From: Cenococcum geophilum | Lineage: Eukaryota | Assembly (NCBI GenBank): GCA_050273025.1 | Contig: CP158636.1 | Location: 3,286,001-3,350,000, forward strand | Length of the DNA stretch: 64,000 nucleotides | Direction: 5' to 3' | In this document: positions 40,401-52,406 of the stretch, piece after piece | Layout: each line of letters begins with the position of its first letter | Position numbering within the stretch: the stretch's first letter is position 1 | The notes under the pieces: model-generated | What the model was told of the DNA's origin: nothing | Database searches by the model: none | What the model saw: the letters and a program-made list of their open reading frames with translations, nothing else | Translations under genes and position numbers: made by a program

Positions 40401-43400
40401 TTATTTAAGACCACCTAATTATGGAAAAAGCAATAAACCATATTAAGGGAGCATTAATTATAATATTAAAGGATCTAGAGGAATAATTAAAGGACTAGAG
40501 GAGTAAGAGATGTATCTTAGTACCTATAAATAAAGTTATAACATTTAGATTAGTATAATAAAGGTTTAAACTTAAGGATAAAGATAAGCTAAGAGTTAAC
40601 CTAAAGCACCTAGCGTACTATATACTATTATGGATTGCATATATAGATAATATATATAAAATGCACAAAAACCCAAAAGAAAAGAATCGGAAATACCCTA
40701 TAAGGATGTACTGGATAATAGATAAATAATAGTATAGGAATGCTAAGTATATACACGGCTGGCATCTAGCAGAAGTCCAAAAGGAAGGAGATTTAATACT
40801 TTAACTAGGAAGATTCCTTATAGAAGAATGCTTAAATGGATAATAATAGTAGGAATATCCAGAGAACACCTATCTATAGTATATTAAAGAAAAGAAGTAA
40901 ACTAGGTATTAGCTAAAGAATAAGCTAAGTATAATAGGATTAAGTAGCTAATAGTTAGGAAAAGTAGAGGCCTACGGGACTAAAGGGAGCTAGTAGTAGA
41001 GCTTTAGACCCTTAAAGGAATTTAAGGATAATACCTAAATCTAAGAATTAAATAGCAAGATTAATAGTTTAAAGTATTAGTAGATAGTAGAGCAATAAGA
41101 AACCATATCTTACTAGCAGCAGTTAAAAGGATAGGGATACTATATAGGCAGAAAGAGTACCCTTACCTATTAGTAACAATCTTAGGAGATCTAATAGCCT
41201 ATAGAGGAGGCATTATTAATCTTAAAATAGGACCAATTTAGATAACCATTAAAGGGAGATAAATTAAGATGTCTTTTAATATATTACCATTGGGGAATAA
41301 TAAGGCAGTATTAGGAATGCCTTAGTTATAGAAATATAATCTAAAGATCGATTGGGTTATAGGTTAGGTTAATATTAGAGATATACAATAACGTAAGATA
41401 CGACAATAAACTAAGTTGGTATAGTACCAATTTGGAGCGACATATAAGGAGACTAATTAAGGATTAAGCTATATACTAAAAAGATACCATAAGTATAGCA
41501 AAAAGTTATAATTACTAGAGAGTAAAAAGCTGTTAGATTATACGGTATGGGACTATAAGATAGAGTTAGAACTAGGAATAAGTTTAAGGTTCTACCTAAC
41601 TTATAAGTTAACAGAAAAAGAGTTATAGGTACTTAAGGAGTTTGTCTAGGAAAATCTTTAAAAAGGATATATTAGACTATTGTAGTTATTAGCGGGATAT
41701 CTAGTACTATTTATACTAAAGAAGAATAGAAAACTTAGACTATATATTAACTATAAATAGTTAAATAGTATTACCAGAAAGGATAGGTATCCTTTACCCT
41801 TAATTAGCGAAATCTAAGACAGGATTGGTAATGCGCAAATCTTTACAAAGATAGATCTAAGATAGGCGTACTATTAGATTAGAATTAAGGAAGGCGATAA
41901 ATAAAAGGCAGCCTTTAGGTTAAAGGAAGGACTATATAAACTATTAGTTATATAATTTAGGCTTATAAATATACTAGTAATATTTTAGAAGCGCATTAAC
42001 AATGTATTAAGAGAGCACTTAGATGAATTTATTATAGCATACCTTAATATTATTATTATCTACTTAATAAGTAAGGAAGAATATAGAGAACATGTTAAAT
42101 AGGTTTTAAAGAGACTATAGGAAGAATAGATGCTAGTAGCAATTAAGAAATGCGAGTTCTTTACTAGAAAGACTAATTTTATAGGATTTATTATTAAACT
42201 AGGCCAACTTAGTATAGATCTAAAGAAGATTGAGGCTATAGTGAATTGGTAAGAACTAGAAAATATAATATAGTTAAGGTTATTTCTAGGGTTCTATAAT
42301 TACTATAGAAGGTTTATAGCTTAATAGTTAAAGGATATTAAGCCACTTACAAGATTAATAAAAAAGGAAGAACTATGGGTATAGGGAAAGGAATAAAAGG
42401 AACTATTTAAAAAGATTAAACAGTTATTTACCTAGAAACCAGTTCTTAAAATCTATTAACTATAGCTAGAGATAGTAGTTAAAACGGATGTATTAGACTA
42501 TGCACTAGGAGCGTACTTCCTATAAAAACATTAAGATAGATAGCACCTAGTAGCATATTACAGTTAAAAGATAATACTACTAGAACTAAACTATAACATC
42601 TATAATAAGAAGTTATTAGGTATAGTTATAGCATTAAAGGAATAAAGATTATTCTTATAAGGTATAGAGAAACTATTTATAGTTAAAACGGATTATAAGA
42701 ACCTAACGGGGTTCCTAATAATAAAAGAACTTAATTACAGATAGGTTAGATAGGTAGAGATACTTACGGAATACTATTTTAAGATTTAGTATACTAAGGG
42801 TATAGAGAATGCATGAGCAGATACTCTAAGTAGAAAGGCTGAACTATAAAATAATAAAAAGCTATTAGGGGCTTTATTGCAAAAAGACATAGATAGACTA
42901 ATTAGATATAATTATCCGAAGATTATAGTAATATAAGAAAAACAGATCTATAAATCACTAGAGAATAATTAGATATAAAAAATCTAAGATATATAGGCAG
43001 AGGATCCAGATTTAGAATAGTATGAAAATTAAAAAGTAATATATATGCTAAGATCTATTGTAAAAGAGTTTATTAAGTTATTTTATAAAGGACTAACTTA
43101 AGGATATAACGGAGCTATAGGCTTAGAGTTAAGACTTTAAGAAGAGTATATTATTAATAGAATCTAGGGACTAGCTAGATAAGTTATAAAAGAATATCTA
43201 AATTACTAAAGAAATAAACTAATAAGGTATAAGCTATATAAAGAGCTATAACCTATTAAAATACTAGAGAGACTATAGGAAGTTATATTATAGGACTTTA
43301 TTATTAAGTTACTAAAGTTAAGAGACCCTATTACTAGATAAGATTATAACGCGATCTTAGTAATAATAGACAAGCTTATAAAGTAGGGATACTTTATAGT

Positions 43401-45478
43401 ATATATAGAAGAAATATTAGCGGAAGATGTTATTAGAATTTATATTAAAGAAGTGTTTATAAGATATAGAGCACTAAATAAGATTATATTAGATAGAGAT
43501 CTAAGATTTATAGCAGTATTTTAGGAAGTATTCTTAGCAGAGCAAGGAGTTTAAGTAGCAACTTCTACTGTATATTATCTATAGACAGACGGTTAAATGG
43601 AAAAATTAAATTAGACACTGGAATAGTACCTAAGGTACTATATTAATTATGTATAGAACAATTAGGTATTATTATTACCAGTTATATAGTTTATATATAA
43701 TGTAATACTATAAGAAGAAATAGGTACGTTACTATTTAAGGTGAATTATAGGTATAAGCCAAGAACCTTACTATCGCTATAATAAGCAAAGAAGATAAGT
43801 AGCATAGCTAAGTAAAGAATAAAGAGTTTAATAAATCTTTATGTAGACCTTACGAAAACAGCTAAGGTGGTATAGTAAAGAATGAAAAAGTACTACGATG
43901 CTAAGAGATCTAAGGGACTAGATCTTAAGGAGGGAGATAAAGTATAGCTACTATATAAAAATTTTAAAAGTTAATAACTAAGTAAGAAGTTAGACTATGT
44001 TAGACTAGGACCTTTTAAAATTATACAGAAAATTTCATTAGTTATATTTAAGTTAAACCTACTAGCTAAGATAAAAATATACCCTATATAGCATATTGTA
44101 ATGCTAGAGCTAGTATACGGGAATATTAAGCTACTGGTTTATAAGGCAGATATATATAGAGGACAAAAGGAAGACAAATGGTAAGTTTTAAAGATCGTTA
44201 GTTATAAGGATATAGACGATAAAATATAGTATAAAGTAAAGTAGATAGGCTACAATAAGACTACCTAGGAACTACTAGAAAACCTAAAGAACGCTATAGA
44301 AAAGGTATAGGAGTATTAAAAGAAAAAAGGTTAGGTAATATTAATAAAGAAGAGTTACTAAAGAACGAGTCACCTAAGGGGGACCTAGGAAGAGTAACTG
44401 CTAAGCTACTTAGAGTTGTTTCCTTCTCTGTTAGAAGAGAATCCATTCTTTTATTACTAAGTTCCTATAGACCTTATTTTATAAGTTTCTACTCCTTAAA
44501 ATAAACCTTCTTACGCACTTTCTTAAGACGAAGTAGATGAGCAGACGCCGCGATATAAGCATCTAAAGCCTTCTATTCTGCATCTTAAGAACGCTTAAGT
44601 TTAGCAAGGGCCTACGCTAGGTTACTATTAAGCTTCGCAGTAGTAGATTAAACACAAGACCCTATAATAAATTACTTAGGGAACTTAGAGACTACTAAGA
44701 GTTATAGGACGCGTATACTTAGCGTTAGAAGTAGAATAAATATCGCAGAATGATTAAACGTTTGCTTTAGTGCACTCTAAGTAAGAGGAGGGTTACTAAG
44801 ATAAAGGACTTACTAGCGCAATATAAACTAGCCCCTCTTTTAAGTAGCGAGAACACGGAGATAGTATTATTTTACTAAGCAATAATATTGCAGCAATAGT
44901 GCGGGCATAACGTTGCGCGTATAAAGAAGAAGAGGCTTTAGGTATTATAAGTAACGATATTAACTAAATTAATTAAACGGATATTACACCTCTAATAAAC
45001 GACTTAGAGATGCTAGGTATTTTTAAGGACGAAGATAGAGAGGAGGGAGATAGTGTTACGGACGCTTTAAGTACAATGTTACGACTACTTGGAGAAAAGT
45101 TAGAAGAAGCTAGTTAGTTAATATAAGCACGGTCTAGGATAGAACCCGTGGAACTATGTAATAAGGAATAGTAGCTAAGGTTATATAAGGTGCTATATAA
45201 GGAACGTAAGGAACGAAGGGAACTTACGTACCTTATATATAATACGTATATTACGTATAAGAAGGATTTTATAGGAGTATAGTTGTGTATTTAAGGACCC
45301 TTAGTCCCTACCTAGATAGTTCCTTCCTTATCGTAATTCTCAGAATATAATTAGAGTTAATCTGTTAGGCAACCACTCCACCAGTTATTATTACGTTGTT
45401 AACTATTGTCTTTGCATTTCCTATACACCTAGCCTATTGACGAGTTTACCGTAGTTCCTACTACAAGGCTCCGTTACA
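37458..45478 (+). mobile_element. Ty3/Gypsy chromodomain retrotransposon D, copy 2 (full length 8021 bp, RIP-inactivated)
   Basis: 425-bp LTRs 37458-37882 and 45054-45478; TSD TTAAC (37453-37457 / 45479-45483); PPT AGGAGGGAGATAG; gag ATG 37928, CxNCGKxGHFARDC ~38935, protease LVDSGATRNHI ~41075, RT ~41560-42300, RNase H ~42450-42850, integrase ~43050-43900, chromodomain ~44170-44320. Confidence 0.96.
44370..44945 (-). pseudogene. Antisense extra ORF of Gypsy D2; Zn(II)2Cys6-like protein (end approximate)
   Basis: rc codons ccg TGT tct cgc tac tta aaa gag ggg cta gtt tat ... tct tac tta gag TGC act aaa gca aac gtt taa tca ttc TGC gat: three Cys codons intact, three are TAY (RIP products of TGY). 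Confidence 0.65.
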
Positions 45479-46876
45479 TTAACGCGTCGCTGTTTAAATG
45501 CGGTTTTAATACAGTCGCTTAGTGCTATAGGCGCCTTTATAAAACAGTCTTAGATTTAAGAACGGTCAAATATTAGCAGAGTGCGCGTAAAAGGACTTAT
45601 AGCTTAACGGAAGGTAATATCTTATAAAATTGTCTAATTAATATAGGCTTAAACATAGCCAGCTGCCTAGAACGGCTGGCGTTTATAACTGCTAGCGGAA
45701 GTAAAAGCTTCTATAGCTAGTTATTATATTCTACTACTATAACTTTTAGGGTTAATAATAAGGTCATACTTTAATTTTAAATAGCCGTTAATATAATCGT
45801 TGCCGTTAATTATAAGTAAAGCACTTAGTCTTTAAGCTAGATAGCAGAGCTTATATAGCTAGAGCCTCTTTTTACCTAAAGGACCGTCCTAAAAAAGGTC
45901 TACCCTATACTTCCATATTAGTAATATAGGAGCTTTACTTAACAGCAACCGCTTATTAGTAACTCGGTATCCATATTTACCAGTAAGCTTACCGTATATT
46001 ATTAGGTAGAGATTATCCCAATTAATAGGAAAGATATAGCCGTAGTTCTAATTAGCTAGAGGAGGCTCTCGCGATATAGAATTATCTTAATCGCCTAATT
46101 TGGTATCATCGTCAATTAGAAAAAAAGAGGAAGCAGTTAATCTATAAACCCTACGCGGTATTAAAGGAGTTAAATAACGCGTAGATTATGGATTTAATAA
46201 GGAAGTAGAGGAAAAAGTAAAGAAAGAAGTAAAAGAAGAAGCTCTACTACCTGGCTAACGCGTGAAATGTAATATACGTTGCATTTTACATAAGTATTTT
46301 AGCATAGGAAAACGGGTTTACAGCGCGTATAGAGATATTAGGGAAAACGCTTTATTTACTATAGCTAAGCAAGAGATTCCCATAGGTTTCTCATTACTTA
46401 GCGTATAATCTTAGTTAAAGATTTAAATATCCTCAACTTCTACTAAAAGCTTTAACTTACTACCAAATCTTACCACTAAGGCAGCAAGCTGCTAGCTAGC
46501 TACAGTTTTATAGCTAACTAACTGTTATAACTCTATAAGCTTACTAACTGCTTACGTTATCAGCCTCTTAGCAGCGACGCTAGCAGCGACGCTAACTCTT
46601 AGACACACTATACCTAACCTTAAAGTAGTTGCCGCCATTAATGGCGTTATAGTGGCTGCTTTTAGTGGCATATTATTTAGCTTTATTAATACTATAACCT
46701 TAGTAGTAAATATATAATAAAGCCTTATAGTAGGAACTACGGTAAACTTGTTAATGGGCTAGGTATATAGGTAAATAAGAAGTTAACAATATAATAATAA
46801 CTAGTGGAGTAGTTGCCTAACAGATTAACTCCAATTATATTCTGAGATTTACTACAAAGAAGAGAACTATCTAGGT

Positions 46877-49398
46877 TAGGGTGGTTTTAAATAATGCAAA
46901 TAAGCGAGTATAAAATATCCTTTATCTAATAGAATATGTATAAATATCGCAATCGATAAGGATAAAAGTGCCCTATGCGGAGCTTTTCTACCCTAACCAG
47001 GTAGAATAGGACTCGATTCTAGCAGAATTTAGCAGATACTGCAGATATTGCGAATATTACGGATATTGCGGATATTGCAGATATTGCGGATATCGCAGAT
47101 ATTGCGGATACTGCGGATATTGCGGATATTATAGATAGGCGTAAGGTATTATAGGGTCCCTATCTACCTTTCCCCCCTAACTATATAATAGCTATATACT
47201 TAGAGAAAAATTACCTATTTCTCTTATAGTTCTTCTCTAATGCTAATTCTTTAAACACTTTATTTTCTTAAGAGTTTTAGAATCCATCTATATTCTCTCC
47301 CATAATACCATACAACGTCCTCCTAAAAAGACTCTTTCTAGCTCATCACTTATTGCTGGAATTAAGAGAATTTCGATTGCTATAAGCGAGAGCCGTAGCT
47401 AGCGTTTTCGTTACTGTTCTTAAGACCACCACTAAAGTATAGTTATTGAAATCTTATATAGCGTCTTAGAGATAAAGTCCTTATACTCATCCTAACTTTT
47501 TAGTCAAAATATTATACTATTAAGATCCTCGGCAATCTTATTAAACTCGTTAAGGTCTTAAGCTAGAGCTAGCTTTTTATACGATAATATACTTCTAGGC
47601 GTAGAACTCCTATTCTAATATCTTTCCTAAAGCTCTTTAACGCTGTTAAGTATAGGCTTACGCCACTCCTTCTTTCAAACCTGCTTAATATATCTTATGT
47701 AATAGGCTGGATAAAGAATAAGTGTAGCGGCGTAAAGGGGCAAGTTATCTGTTTTATAGTAATACCTATTAAAGGTATTCTAAGCATTTTTAATGCGTTT
47801 AGAGAACTCCTTATTAGATATATACTCCTTCTATTATATATTAGCTAGGAAATAAAAAGGGGAGATAGACTAACCTAGAATTTATTAAGGTGCTTAATTA
47901 TAACGTCCATTATAAAAAGTATATTCTTAAGCGTTGCTTTATATCCCTAGCATTTTAGGGTTGCCTAGTAGAATATCTAAAGAAAGCTTTTTATTGTACA
48001 AAGCGCCTCCTAGTCCTTTAAACTAAGATAGTCCTTTTTAAGCGTATTAAGGTTACGCTTAGTATACGTATTAAGGGCAAACTCTTTCTAAATTACTACG
48101 CTAAGCATAAAATACTAGCTATTCCATCTCGTATAATTATTAAGCGGAATTCTTCTCCCTATAAGACTTTTAAACTCCCTTATACGACTAACTAAGCTGC
48201 GGGTATATATAGTAATATTATAAAGCTTTCTAAATGCGCCAAGTTTCCGAAATAAATTACTCTTCTCTTTCTCCTCTTTTAGATCTAGCTCTTTTCCTTC
48301 TTTATATAACTTAATATCATTAAGACTAATTAAGTTTTTAAAGAGGAAAGCCTATACGATAAGGTTAAGAATATAACCCTAATAGCGGATCCGTTAGTAG
48401 ATGGGATTCTATTTAATTCCTTCTTCCTAGAGAAGCTAGTCGCTTATTATATAATAGAGCTTATTATTTACAGTATAGTTATTGGATATAATAGCACCCA
48501 GCTTTTACGTAATCCCGTAGTCCTTAAGCACTAGAAGAAAAGTATTCTATTACTTATCCCCGCTATAAAAGGCTACCGTATAAAGGCTAAGAAGAGCGTT
48601 TATAAGCTTTTCCTGGCTATTAATAAAATGGCCGTAAATCGCGAGGAGAAGGTAATTATTTAGAGAGGTCTAGATATTAACGGAGAGATAAATACTTATT
48701 AGTGCAGACTGCAGCCTCTTTTGTATAATATCCTTTTGCAATAGCTATAAGTTATAGATCTTTTTACTAACTGCTAAATAGGCTATAGTTATATAGCCGT
48801 CTACTTTAGGATTAATCGACTATAGAAGAACATAGAACTCTGGCCACTTAACCATCTAAAATAGTAAGTTTTGTACGATAATTAATGTAATAAGGGCCTT
48901 ATTAATAACTTCCTTATTTAGAACCGCTCGGAGTACTTCTAAATCTAGCTCTTTTATCTCGTTTTGAGATAACGCTTTAAGGTAAAGGTCTTTTAATTAA
49001 TCCCGTATTGCTTCTTTTATATAACTAGTTTTAGGCTTAACTATAATGCTATGCTTTAACGCCAAGTAATTTCGGAAGTTAGAAGTTGACTATATAGCAT
49101 ATAACTCTGTGCAGTGTTTACAATAGAATAAAAGACGGGCTTTTTTATTTTATACAGGCTCATTACTACCTAGTAGACGGGTATGCTCCTATGTTAAAAG
49201 AGCTAAGCGACCTCTTATATTTTTTAATTTAGAGGTATTAATAGAGTCGAGAGCTTCTGATTCCACTTCTAAAGCCATATTTTGTATGATAATGGGGGGA
49301 AAAAGGCGACGAAAATTTATTTAGGGTATGCCAAGACTTATCGCGATAAGGATATCCATCGCATCTTATCGCGATAAGATTTATCCAAAACCACCCTG
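46877..49398 (-). mobile_element. hAT DNA transposon I (2522 bp) inserted in the 5' LTR of D1
   Basis: 18-bp TIR CAGGGTGGTTTTGGATAA (left copy RIPed TAGGGTGGTTTTAAATAA); 8-bp TSD ATCTAGGT / ATCTGGGT. De-RIPed motifs: BED finger YCKHC..SNFRNHLxxKH ~49130-49050, RIRCWGHILNL ~48390, TRWNSW ~48125, EILSIPAxSDExERVFSG ~47370-47320. Confidence 0.95.
47030..47136. repeat. 9-bp tandem repeat GATATTGCG/A in the hAT I subterminal region
   Basis: ~11 copies visible. Confidence 0.85.
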
Positions 49399-52305
49399 AT
49401 CTGGGTAGGGACTATGGTTCTTTAAATACACAACCGTACTCCTAAGAAATCCCCTTTATACGTGAGGTACGTATGCTCTATTTACTCTATTACGGATTAT
49501 ACAGATTCTACAGATTATATAGATCACGTCATATGACCTTGGTTACTATTCCTCGTCATATAGCTCTATCGGCTCCATCCTAGACTGTGCCTAAATTAAC
49601 CAACTAGCTTCTTCCGTCTCTTCTCCAAGTAGTTATAACATTGTACTTAAAGCGTCCGTAATACTTAGGCCACTACGCCTTATAAACAGCATCCCAACTT
49701 TGCTTATTACGGACTACTTTACTACCTAAATATTAATTAGCCTCTATACTAAAGCTATACTCTTTTTTATTACTAAACTCTTACCTACTACCCTAATTAT
49801 CCTAAGTATACCTTATATAAGGGCGCGGAGAGACTTTAAGAAGATTTAAAGGAACGATATAAATTCTATCTAAATCTAAGGGTATATAGTTCTCGCTAAG
49901 AACAAGACATTGCGTAAAGAAGAGAAGGGAATAATAAGAGAATTATATAATTAAATAGTTAGGGGCTTAGTGGTCGATATGTACGTATATATACACGCGG
50001 TCTTTAACGGACTTTAGTAAAATTTAATTAATCTAATAGAATTTAGTTAAAGCGTCGGAATTTATCTATTAAGTGTTTTATTAAGATATTCCTACTATAA
50101 CTAGGCTAGTCCTATTATAGTACTCCCCCTTTTAGCCGAAGGTCCAAATAATTTTATTTTATTTAAGACTTATAACTTATTGCGTGTTATATTTTCGCGT
50201 TAGGTAGCAGTATAGAGTTTTACCAATTCTATCGTTAAATAGGCTAATTAGGATTTTCTATCCCCAGGATAAAAAATTACTATTAGCTTAGTTAAGGCGG
50301 TAAGCAGAACTAATATCTTTATAGTAGGTCTTAGTAAGGTAGATCTAACTAATTAGATAACTTTAACCGGCGGTTAAAGTTCCTTAATATCTTGTATATT
50401 ATATAATCGTATTATAAATATTATAATATATTTTAAGTTCCTTTTAATTTTAAGCTTTCTGCTATTGTATTTTATATATTTATATTAGGTGGCAGTTATT
50501 TACCTTTATATTATATCCATTCAGCTAAAGTAAGCCACGAAAGATAGTCCTTATAGAATTCTTTTACTAAAGAAGGCGCGTTGGCCTTAATCTGGTTATA
50601 GGTTTCCTAGGTTTATATTTTATATCCTTTTTACTTAATAAAAAGTTTAAACTATTTAGATCGTGTTTTCTATTATATATTATTAATTAAGTTAATAAAG
50701 TAAGAACCGTTACCGTTATTAACAATTATAAAAGGTGGTAGTAGCACTTCGCAAGTTATAGGTTTACTTTTTAAGGGTTATAATAAGTTTACGTAAAACG
50801 TTAGATGTATTTTTATTTTAGTTAGTAGTTTAAGCTTATAAGTATATAGGCTTAGTTTTTTTTTAATTTAGTATAGGCCCGTAAACTTCTAGTCTAGTTT
50901 CTTTAAAGGTTATTAAGTCTTTAGGTTTTATATATTTAGGTAAACTATATTACCTTCCTTAAAGTCCCATATAGGAGCTCATCCTTTATTTATATGCCAT
51001 TCCTACTATACTATTTAAGCGTACGCTAATTTATTTTATAATAGTTCCGTTAACTGCTTTATTTAATTAGTAAAGTTATATACGTTAATTAGTTAAATCC
51101 TCTTAATTATAGGTCCTATTATATTAATTTTAGGTTATAGTTTAAATCTAAGTTAAGGGTTTTGTTTATAGGTTATATAGAACGGCGTTACGCCTATTAA
51201 ATTTCTTATATTATTCGCAGTAAACTTAGCTAAAGGTAGCCACTTTTCCTAGTTGTCTTGTAGGTAGGAGCAGTATATTTATAGGTATTATTCTATAATT
51301 ACGTTTGTAATTTTAGTTTAATTATCTATCTCTAGATAAAATATAGTTAAAAGTCGTGTTTATATACTTAATTATTTATATAGGGCTTACTAAAAATCTA
51401 AAACAAACTAGCTTCTATAGTTAGATATTATTAAATTAAAAAGTCTGTATAGCTTGAAGACGTACTTAATAAAACATTTGGCTACTAATATTATATTAAT
51501 TAAGTCTATAGAAATTATATATCGCATTTTTATAAGACGGTTAATAACTACTATAATATTTATAAATCTATTACTGTTAGGTAGGTTAACTATAAAGTTA
51601 ATTAAGATATCTTGCCATCTTTATATTAGAATTAGTAACGGTTAAAGTACTCCTTACTTCTTTATATAAGAGGTCTTTCTACGTACGCATATTCTGTATA
51701 CTTAAACGTATTTTTATATATAGCTATACATTATAGGCTAGTAATATACTTATTAGATAATCTTATAGGTCTTTATATGGCTAGGATGTCCTACTATAGG
51801 GGAATTGTATATAAATTCGAGTATCTTAAATTATAAGGGTTTGGAATTCGGGCCTACTATTTTCTATTAATAGTATAACCGATTATTACGGATTTCGCAT
51901 TTAGCGAGTGTAATATCCTTATATTACCATTTCCCTGTTTAAATTACTTTTATTATATTTACTATCTAAGGGCCATTCTTATATTTATGCTCTATTAATT
52001 TATTAATTTCTATATCCCACTTATTAATTTCCAATTTATTCCTATTAAGCTCCGTATCTAGAAATATAGGGTATAGTTTCTTAAAGTATTTAGGGGGTAG
52101 TAAAATTTATAATTAATTTATAATCCATTTATTAGAGGCGTTTATAGGTAAGTTTTATAATTATTATATTAATAAGTTAGGCTTCTAATTAAGTTTGCTA
52201 GGTTAGTACGTAATTTTAAAGTTAAATTATAAGAGGTATTCGGCCTAATGAATTTGGCGTTATATTAATTGCTTTATAGTTATAAAGTACTATAGGTTTT
52301 TATAG

Positions 52306-52406
52306 TGTAAGAGTATATATATTAGGTCCCGCCGCGCTTGCAACAAGTTCGCAAGCACTCTCAGTCTTTTTGGCCGTATGGCGACGTGGAGGCGGGCCAC
52401 GTTACA
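52306..52406. mobile_element. 101-bp solo LTR-like element, family C copy 2
   Basis: TGTAAG..GTTACA ends; perfect 5-bp TSD TATAG (52301-52305 / 52407-52411); interrupts the RNase H of H. Confidence 0.88.

Larger units (their letters stand above)
35354..46610 (-). mobile_element. hAT DNA transposon G (~3.2 kb net), interrupted by Gypsy D2
   Basis: 20-bp TIR TAGTGTGTCCAACAGTTAGC vs rc TAGTGTGTCTAAGAGTTAGC; perfect 8-bp TSD TACCTAAC (35346-35353 / 46611-46618). De-RIPed transposase motifs: TDNASNN ~37200, RLRCVGHIINLIVKA ~37120, VRWNSTYFML ~36850, C-terminal WWLK..YPTLAKIALDLFSIP..ERAFS 36070-35950. Confidence 0.95.
19010..49663 (-). mobile_element. Ty3/Gypsy chromodomain retrotransposon D, copy 1 (~8 kb net, 30.6 kb with nested insertions)
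   Basis: 3' LTR 19010-19430 followed by PPT rc CTATCTCCCTCCT; 5' LTR 46713-49663 split by hAT I; TSD CTTAG (19005-19009 / 49664-49668); gag ATG at 46671; colinear in reverse with 37458-45478. Confidence 0.95.
17600..49815 (+). pseudogene. Gypsy E gag-protease remnant (17600-19009 and 49669-49815), host of D1 and H
   Basis: gag EPMDLDG..GLCLAxGLPGH ~18230-18320; protease LVDSGSTAMAF ~18915; reads through the D1 TSD as ..KLPAP|RPLRLADG..ITDYF..LFFVTKL..PIILGIPW. Confidence 0.82.
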
